Shown piece after piece: positions 58,829 through 64,000 of a stretch of 64,000 bases of DNA (its first letter is position 1; the number at the start of each line of letters is the position of its first letter). Position numbers and translations under genes: made by a program. Source of the DNA: Actinomycetes bacterium (GTDB lineage: Bacteria; Actinomycetota; CADDZG01; JAHWKV01); contig JAJCYE010000071.1 of the NCBI GenBank assembly GCA_029263075.1, forward strand, positions 11,014 to 75,013. The letters are read 5' to 3'. A model generated the notes under the pieces. It did not search any database. It saw only the letters and a list, made by a program, of their open reading frames with translations, and was not told where the DNA came from.

Positions 58829-59074
58829 ATGGAAGTTCTCGCCGCAGTGGTCCTCGGTATCGCCGCCGGCATCTTCATCAAGGGAGTCTTTCTCAAGGAC
58901 TCCAGCATCTTGTGGGATGTCGCGCTGGGTGCAACCGGAGGTCTCGCCGCCTACTTCCTGGCGGGTGCGCTCTCCGAGAGCATCTACGGCTACGTAGCCA
59001 CCCTCGGCACCGCAGTAGTGGTAGCGGGTGTGCTGGCCGGAATTGTCGGCAAGGTGAATCGCCCCACAGCGTAG
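58829..59074 (+). CDS. GlsB/YeaQ/YmgE family small membrane protein (second copy in the window)
   Basis: 81 aa, 3 TM, similar to 17721..17978. Confidence 0.75.
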   Translation: MEVLAAVVLGIAAGIFIKGVFLKDSSILWDVALGATGGLAAYFLAGALSESIYGYVATLGTAVVVAGVLAGIVGKVNRPTA

Positions 59075-59103
59075 CCATCGCAGGGCAAAAGAAAGAAAAA
59101 CAA

Positions 59104-59140
59104 GAGGGTGCCTCAGGCACCCTCTTGTTGTTGCGTCTTG
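59104..59140 (+). terminator. intrinsic terminator (caagagggtgcc-tcag-gcaccctcttg + TTGTTG)
   Basis: 11-bp stem after an A-rich tract, followed by a T-rich tract. Confidence 0.7.
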
Positions 59141-59269
59141 ACCTCTTCCCACCCCGAGGCCATACACTGTTCGGGCGGGGTAGTAGTGTCCACCCGGGGA
59201 GCTTGTCTCGCCGAACGATCGATCGCCTATACTTAATCGGTTGCACGGGCACTGGTGTGTGCCGTTTGA

Positions 59270-59342
59270 TAGGCCCGTGGCTCAATTGGTAGAGCACCGG
59301 TCTCCAAAACCGGGGGTTGGGGGTTCAAGTCCCTCCGGGCCT
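59270..59342 (+). tRNA. tRNA-Trp (CCA)
   Basis: AGGCCCGTGGCTCAATTGGTAGAGCACCGGTCTCCAAAACCGGGGGTTGGGGGTTCAAGTCCCTCCGGGCCTG. Anticodon loop CTCCAAA. Classic position before secE. Confidence 0.85.
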
Positions 59343-59382
59343 GCCGGATTCAACTAATCCCTATACCGTCGGAGTTACAAGC

Positions 59383-59976
59383 ATGGCAACAGATGGCGAC
59401 AAGAAGGGCAAAGAGGCCGTAGAACCGGCCAGCGGCAGCAAGCCGGCGGGCGCGCGCGCCAAAAGCGCGTCGACCGGCGGAGGTAAACCCAACGGACGGT
59501 CGGGCAGCGCGGCCAACCGGCCGGCCAGCCGGGCATCCGCCAAGCCGGGGGCCAAGGGTGCAGCCGCCAAGCCGGCCGCCCGTTCAACGCGGTCCTCCAC
59601 TGCAACCGCCAAGGCTGACAAGGAGCCCAGGGCGGCAGCGAAGGCGAAGGCCACGAAGGCGGACGATCCGGCAGCCGACGGTACCGGAACCGGAGTAAAC
59701 CGGGAGATGAAGAGGGCGATGAAAAAGCGCGAAGGCGCTGCAGATCGCTTGAAGCGGGCCCCCACCGCCCCCAGCCGGAAGCGGACGAAGCCCCTCACCT
59801 TCCTCAAGGAGGTCCGGGGGGAGCTGGGACGGGTTGCCTGGCCCACCAGGCAGGAAGTCATCACGTACAGCGTCGTGGTGCTGGTAACCGTGATGTTTTT
59901 TATGATCGTTATCGCAGGAATCGATTATGTGGCTCTCAAGGGAGTCCTGTTTTTGATCGACCGAGGAGGCAGGTAA
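59383..59976 (+). CDS. secE: preprotein translocase subunit SecE with long basic Ala/Lys-rich N-terminal extension
   Basis: C-terminal [45 protein letters not shown] is the SecE TM/hinge. Start set at ATG 59383, downstream of the tRNA. Confidence 0.8.
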   Translation: MATDGDKKGKEAVEPASGSKPAGARAKSASTGGGKPNGRSGSAANRPASRASAKPGAKGAAAKPAARSTRSSTATAKADKEPRAAAKAKATKADDPAADGTGTGVNREMKRAMKKREGAADRLKRAPTAPSRKRTKPLTFLKEVRGELGRVAWPTRQEVITYSVVVLVTVMFFMIVIAGIDYVALKGVLFLIDRGGR

Positions 59977-59977
59977 T

Positions 59978-60685
59978 TTGGCTGAAGATCAAGGTCTTGC
60001 TGTGACCGATGAGCCGGCAAGCGATGAGGACAGTCAGGCTTCTGTCTCGGACGGGGCATCCCCTGAGGTCGAGCCGGACGACTCGGAGAGCGAAGAGGCG
60101 GCGGAGGCCGCTGAAGCGGCCGAGGCCCGTGACCACGATTTCGAGGTTCCGTTCAGCGAGCGAGCCGGAGACTGGTTCGTAGTTCACACCTACGCCGGAT
60201 ACGAGAACAAGGTCAAAGGCAGCATTCTCACCCGAATCAACTCCATGAACATGGAGGAGAAGATCTTCGAGGTTGTCATCCCGATGGAAGACGTCATGGA
60301 GTTCAAGGGTGGCAAGAAGCAGGTTGTCCAAAAGAAGGTATTCCCCGGCTACCTGCTCGTGCGTATGTACCTGGAGGACGACTCCTGGTATGTGGTGCGC
60401 AACACCCCGGGTGTGACCGGATTCGTGGGATCGGGAGCAAAGCCCATCCCGCTGGCCCCGAAAGAGGTTGAGAAGATCCTTCGGGTCAAGCCGGTCGAGA
60501 AGCTCAAGCCCCGGTTGGAGTTCGAAGAGGGCGAAAGCGTCCGTGTGGTCACCGAGCCCTTCTCCAACTTCACCGGCACCATCTCAGAGATCAATGTGGA
60601 TCAAAGCAAGCTCAAGGTGCTCGTAAACGTGTTCGGCCGGGAGACCCCGGTGGAGCTGTCCTTCGAGCAGGTCGCCAAGCTCTAA
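59978..60685 (+). CDS. nusG: transcription termination/antitermination factor NusG with acidic N-terminal extension
   Basis: NGN domain ([14 protein letters not shown]) and KOW ([22 protein letters not shown]). TTG start. Confidence 0.9.
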   Translation: MAEDQGLAVTDEPASDEDSQASVSDGASPEVEPDDSESEEAAEAAEAAEARDHDFEVPFSERAGDWFVVHTYAGYENKVKGSILTRINSMNMEEKIFEVVIPMEDVMEFKGGKKQVVQKKVFPGYLLVRMYLEDDSWYVVRNTPGVTGFVGSGAKPIPLAPKEVEKILRVKPVEKLKPRLEFEEGESVRVVTEPFSNFTGTISEINVDQSKLKVLVNVFGRETPVELSFEQVAKL

Positions 60686-60703
60686 TTAAGGAACGGAAAA
60701 CCA

Positions 60704-61132
60704 ATGGCTAAGAAGAAAAAGGTCCTGGCAGTCGCGAAGTTGCAGATTCCCGCCGGGCAGGCAACTCCGGCACCCCCGGTGGGTACCGCACTCGGCCCCC
60801 ACGGCGTGGCGATCATGGATTTTGTCCGCCAGTACAATGAGAAGACTGCGTCCCAGCAGGGCATGGTCATCCCGGTGGTAGTCACCATCTACGACGACCG
60901 CACCTTCGACTTCGTCTTGAAGTCGCCCCCGGCCGCGAACCTGCTTCGCCAGGCTGCGGGTATCGACAAGGGATCCTCCGAGCCCAACCGGACCAAGGTG
61001 GGCACCGTGACCGGCGACCAGATCCGCAAGATCGCCGAGACCAAGATGGGGGACCTAAACGCCACCGACATCGAAGCGGCCGCAAAAATCATTGAGGGCA
61101 CCGCCCGCTCTATGGGGATCAACGTGGCCTAG
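60704..61132 (+). CDS. rplK: 50S ribosomal protein L11
   Basis: [35 protein letters not shown]... Confidence 0.95.
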   Translation: MAKKKKVLAVAKLQIPAGQATPAPPVGTALGPHGVAIMDFVRQYNEKTASQQGMVIPVVVTIYDDRTFDFVLKSPPAANLLRQAAGIDKGSSEPNRTKVGTVTGDQIRKIAETKMGDLNATDIEAAAKIIEGTARSMGINVA

Positions 61133-61197
61133 TACCGACCTTTGAGTCGGGTAACACCATCGAGGGCACTGCCCGCTCGATGGGAAACGCAGTAGCC
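61090..61197 (+). repeat. imperfect direct duplication (about 75 percent identity over 42 nt) of the rplK 3' end in the rplK-rplA spacer
   Basis: atcattgagggcaccgcccgctctatggggatcaacgtggcc at the rplK end, versus accatcgagggcactgcccgctcgatgggaaacgcagtagcc 66 nt downstream. Confidence 0.6.
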
Positions 61198-61265
61198 GGT
61201 CCCTGAGCCGGCTATAGGGCAGGAGGAGAAGGGCGCAGGGCCCTCTTCGACCCGGGAGGCAAGAT

Positions 61266-61985
61266 ATGAGCAACAAGGGCAAGCGGTACGACGCAGCGAT
61301 GGCCAAATTCGACCGCAGCAAGCTTTACGAGCCGGCCGAGGCGCTTGAACTGGTCAAGCAGATGGCAGCCGCCAAGTTCGATGAAACCGTTGAGTTGAGC
61401 ATTCTGTTGGGGCTGGATGTCCGCAAGGCGGACCAGCAGGTCCGGGGAACGGTCAGCCTTCCCAAGGGCACCGGCAAAACGTTGCGGGTTGCAGTGTTCG
61501 CCCAGGCCGAGCGGGCCCGCGAGGCGGAAGAGGCCGGCGCCGACGTTGTCGGCGACAAAGACTTGGCCGAGCGGATCGAGAAGGGCTGGACCGACTTCGA
61601 CATCGCCATCGCCACCCCCGACATGATGCCGGTGGTCGGGAAGCTCGGTAAGATCCTCGGCCCCCGCGGTCTGATGCCAAACCCCAAGTCTGGAACGGTG
61701 ACCACCGACGTTGCCAAGACGGTCCGGGAATTCAAGGCGGGCAAGATCGAGTACAAGACCGACAGGCAGGCCAATGTCCACGCCATAATCGGAAAAGCCT
61801 CGTTCCCCTTGGAGGACCTGGCGGCCAACTACCTGACGGTGGTAGACGAGATCATCCGGGTCAAGCCTGCTGCGTCCAAAGGCAAGTACATCAAGACCAT
61901 GGCGGTCTCATCGACCATGAGCCCCGGGGTACGGATCGATCCCACGTCCGCCAAGAAGCTGGAAATTGAGGCAGACGCGGGCTGA
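61266..61985 (+). CDS. rplA: 50S ribosomal protein L1
   Basis: [32 protein letters not shown]... Confidence 0.95.
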   Translation: MSNKGKRYDAAMAKFDRSKLYEPAEALELVKQMAAAKFDETVELSILLGLDVRKADQQVRGTVSLPKGTGKTLRVAVFAQAERAREAEEAGADVVGDKDLAERIEKGWTDFDIAIATPDMMPVVGKLGKILGPRGLMPNPKSGTVTTDVAKTVREFKAGKIEYKTDRQANVHAIIGKASFPLEDLAANYLTVVDEIIRVKPAASKGKYIKTMAVSSTMSPGVRIDPTSAKKLEIEADAG

Positions 61986-62121
61986 GGGTTCGCATTCGCT
62001 GAATTGGGTAGGAGGGGAATGCGCCGTCCGGCCATAATTGATGCCGGGGGTGGTTTAGGCGAAGATACCGCTAAGTGTGTAGGGCGGCGGACCGTTCCCA
62101 TCTAAGATTCAGGACACCAAG

Positions 62122-62658
62122 TTGCCGGATTTCGAGGCACAGTTGAAGATCCCTCCGATTTCTGCGGGAATCGGAGAGGCACGCCGGTTTGCTCGCGACC
62201 AACTCGCAATCTGCGGGCTCACCGGTCTCGCCGACAATGCGACCCTGTTGATAAGCGAGCTTGTCACGAACGCCCTTCTGCATGGCGGCGAAGGCGCAGT
62301 ATTGACCCTGACCGTCGATGACTTGCGGGTCCGGGCCGAAGTCCGCGACTCCAGCCCGGCAATCCCTGTCGTCAGAAATTACTCGGAGACGTCTACCACC
62401 GGCCGGGGCATGGTGATCGTCGATGCGCTGGCGGCCGCCTGGGGAACCTATCCGGTGGCCGGCGGCAAGGTGGTGTGGTTTGAACTCGGAACCGGGCGGG
62501 CTGCCGACGAAGAGCAGGCTCGCCGGGAGAAGGCGCCGCCGAGGCCTCGTGCGACCAGGGCGTCCTCGGAGTTCCGCAGGCCGGCGTCGGGATCTCTTGA
62601 CGGTGGCAATACCAACCCAACCGGCCGGCTGGCGGGTTCCGGCATGGAGCCATCTTGA
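62122..62658 (+). CDS. anti-sigma regulatory factor, HATPase_c Ser/Thr kinase (RsbW-like)
   Basis: LISELVTNALLHGG (N-box) and TTGRGMVIVDALAAAWG (G-box). Confidence 0.75.
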   Translation: MPDFEAQLKIPPISAGIGEARRFARDQLAICGLTGLADNATLLISELVTNALLHGGEGAVLTLTVDDLRVRAEVRDSSPAIPVVRNYSETSTTGRGMVIVDALAAAWGTYPVAGGKVVWFELGTGRAADEEQARREKAPPRPRATRASSEFRRPASGSLDGGNTNPTGRLAGSGMEPS

Positions 62659-63164
62659 GCGAGGAGGATGCTCCCGCTGAACTCGTAACCGTGCGACTGA
62701 TAGGGATGCCGCTGGCAATCCAGGCGCGCAGCGCGGAGCACCAGGACGGACTGCGGCGGGAGTTCCGGATGCTCGTCGAACAGGGGCAAGCGGACCGAGC
62801 CAGCGTCCCCGGGCGGCTGATTGCTCTGGCGGCGGAGTTGGATCGCCGTTTCCAATCGTTCGGAGCAGCAGGTCGGGCGGAGATTGAGGCTGCGGCCGGT
62901 CGTGGAGACGCCTCGATCGATCTGACCTTGGAGGCGCCCAGGGCTATCGGTGCCGCCGCCCGTGATTTCGGCCGGATGTTGGAGGAGGCCGACGAATACT
63001 GCCGGGCGGGCGAACACCTGCTCACGCTCGCCAGCCCCGCAGACGTCGTCGATTTCCGCAACTGGGTGCTGGCGGAACTGGAACACCAAGCAGAAGGGGG
63101 GCGCCCAGTCCCCTGGCCGGAGTACAAGGCTGGTGTTCGGACCGGAGAAACTCACGCCGGTTAG
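62655..63164 (+). CDS. hypothetical protein co-transcribed with the anti-sigma kinase
   Basis: 169-aa ORF with 4-nt overlap. Not STAS-like by eye. Confidence 0.4.
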   Translation: MSEEDAPAELVTVRLIGMPLAIQARSAEHQDGLRREFRMLVEQGQADRASVPGRLIALAAELDRRFQSFGAAGRAEIEAAAGRGDASIDLTLEAPRAIGAAARDFGRMLEEADEYCRAGEHLLTLASPADVVDFRNWVLAELEHQAEGGRPVPWPEYKAGVRTGETHAG

Positions 63165-64000
63165 TCTCCGGGGAACCTCGCTACCAGGGCAGCAATATCG
63201 TCGGGGTGGTCGGGTTGTACGCCCATTGCCACCGTTTCCACGAGCTTCGCCAGTTCTTTTGCGGACCCGGGAGAGGCTTGCGAGAGCGCTTCGCTGAGTA
63301 CCGGGTCCCAGACTCCACCCTCTCCGACGCAGCCGTCGGTTACCAGCAGGAACGCATCTCCGGCTTCCAGCACCACGTCCTCTTCTATCAGGTCCAGCCG
63401 GTAGAAGATCCCCAGAGGCAGGCCGGTTTTACCGCAGGTCTCGATGGCGCCGGACTTGCGTATCAGGAAAGGTTTGGGATGCCCGGCCACCGCCACGGTC
63501 ACCCGGATGCCCTTAGGGGAGGGGCCGAAGGCGCCGCAGGCAAGGCTACAGAACCGACCATCGGGGAGTTGATCCACCAAGGCCTCGTTGACCGCTGCCA
63601 GAAGTTCGGCGGGACTGGCGTGGTACTGGGCCAGGGTGCGGAGTGTGTAGCGAGCCATCGCCGTCAACGCAGCGGCCTCGACGCCTTTGCCGCAGACGTC
63701 GGCGATCAAAAGCAGGGACCTGCCGTCGGCGAGAGATACAACGTCGTAAAAGTCGCCTCCGACACCCGATGCGGCGGGCCGCACGAAACCGAATACATCG
63801 AGGCCGGGTACCTCCTGGATCTCAGCCGGGACCAGTGACTGAGACAAAATAGCGGCTGCGCGGGAGCGCTCGGCGTACAGGTTTGCATTCTCGATCTTGC
63901 CTCCGGCCCGCCGTCCCACCTCCTCGATTAGCTCCAGGTCCTCGTGAACGAACCTTGCCCGTGAACGGTGCCGGACCAGCAGGATCGCCCCGAGCGGACC
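63161..64000 (-). CDS. PP2C-family (SpoIIE/RsbU-like) serine phosphatase, C-terminal part (gene continues past window end)
   Basis: GGDFYDVV ... LLIADVCGKGVEAA ... LVTDG motifs. The reading frame stays open upstream of the annotated Met to position 64000 (…LELIEEVGRRAGGKIENANLYAER). Confidence 0.8.
   Translation of the reverse strand, partial: GPLGAILLVRHRSRARFVHEDLELIEEVGRRAGGKIENANLYAERSRAAAILSQSLVPAEIQEVPGLDVFGFVRPAASGVGGDFYDVVSLADGRSLLLIADVCGKGVEAAALTAMARYTLRTLAQYHASPAELLAAVNEALVDQLPDGRFCSLACGAFGPSPKGIRVTVAVAGHPKPFLIRKSGAIETCGKTGLPLGIFYRLDLIEEDVVLEAGDAFLLVTDGCVGEGGVWDPVLSEALSQASPGSAKELAKLVETVAMGVQPDHPDDIAALVARFPGD

Overview
This is a high-GC (about 65-70 percent) chromosomal segment that looks actinobacterial. 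The evidence is an MshA-type mycothiol glycosyltransferase, an orphan GlnR-type OmpR regulator next to glnA, the Rv0500A/Rv0500B (bS22) synteny after proC, and the tRNA-Trp-secE-nusG-rplK-rplA block. Most of the window is housekeeping. It holds the glnA 5' end and glnR, Fe-S assembly genes (IscU/SufU-like, ApbC), and mshA, proC, glnD, htpX, corA. It also holds tuf, rpmG, secE, nusG, rplK, rplA and tRNA-Tyr/Thr/Met/Trp. An 11-gene complex I operon (nuoABCDHIJKLMN, no nuoEFG) is present. A large minus-strand block (20.2-32.1 kb) encodes a System I cytochrome c maturation set: ccmE, F, H, A, B, C and a ccmD-like small ORF, with variant CcmE and CcmH motifs and no ccmG. This is fused head-to-tail to a b6-type Rieske/cytochrome b complex with split cyt b6 plus subunit IV, a diheme cytochrome c and a 2x[4Fe-4S] ferredoxin. 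ccdA and a glutaredoxin-like gene lie upstream. The most unusual part is an accessory locus at 3.6-9.7 kb. It starts with a strongly expressed secreted Cys-rich LPXTG protein followed by an intrinsic terminator. Next comes an HTTM-domain membrane protein with clear similarity to vitamin K-dependent gamma-glutamyl carboxylase. After that are four tandem, individually terminated 669-nt paralogs encoding secreted, acidic, Gly-rich (PGRS-like GGAGGNGG) proteins with six conserved Cys. I regard this as a candidate and apparently undescribed vitamin-K-dependent (or related) protein-modification and secreted-substrate system. Other notable points are a frameshifted M23 peptidase, a conserved SAM-hydroxide-adenosyltransferase N-terminus with no canonical start codon directly after the bS22 stop, a 59-nt duplication at the nuoC/nuoD junction, and a candidate R-M island beside tRNA-Tyr.
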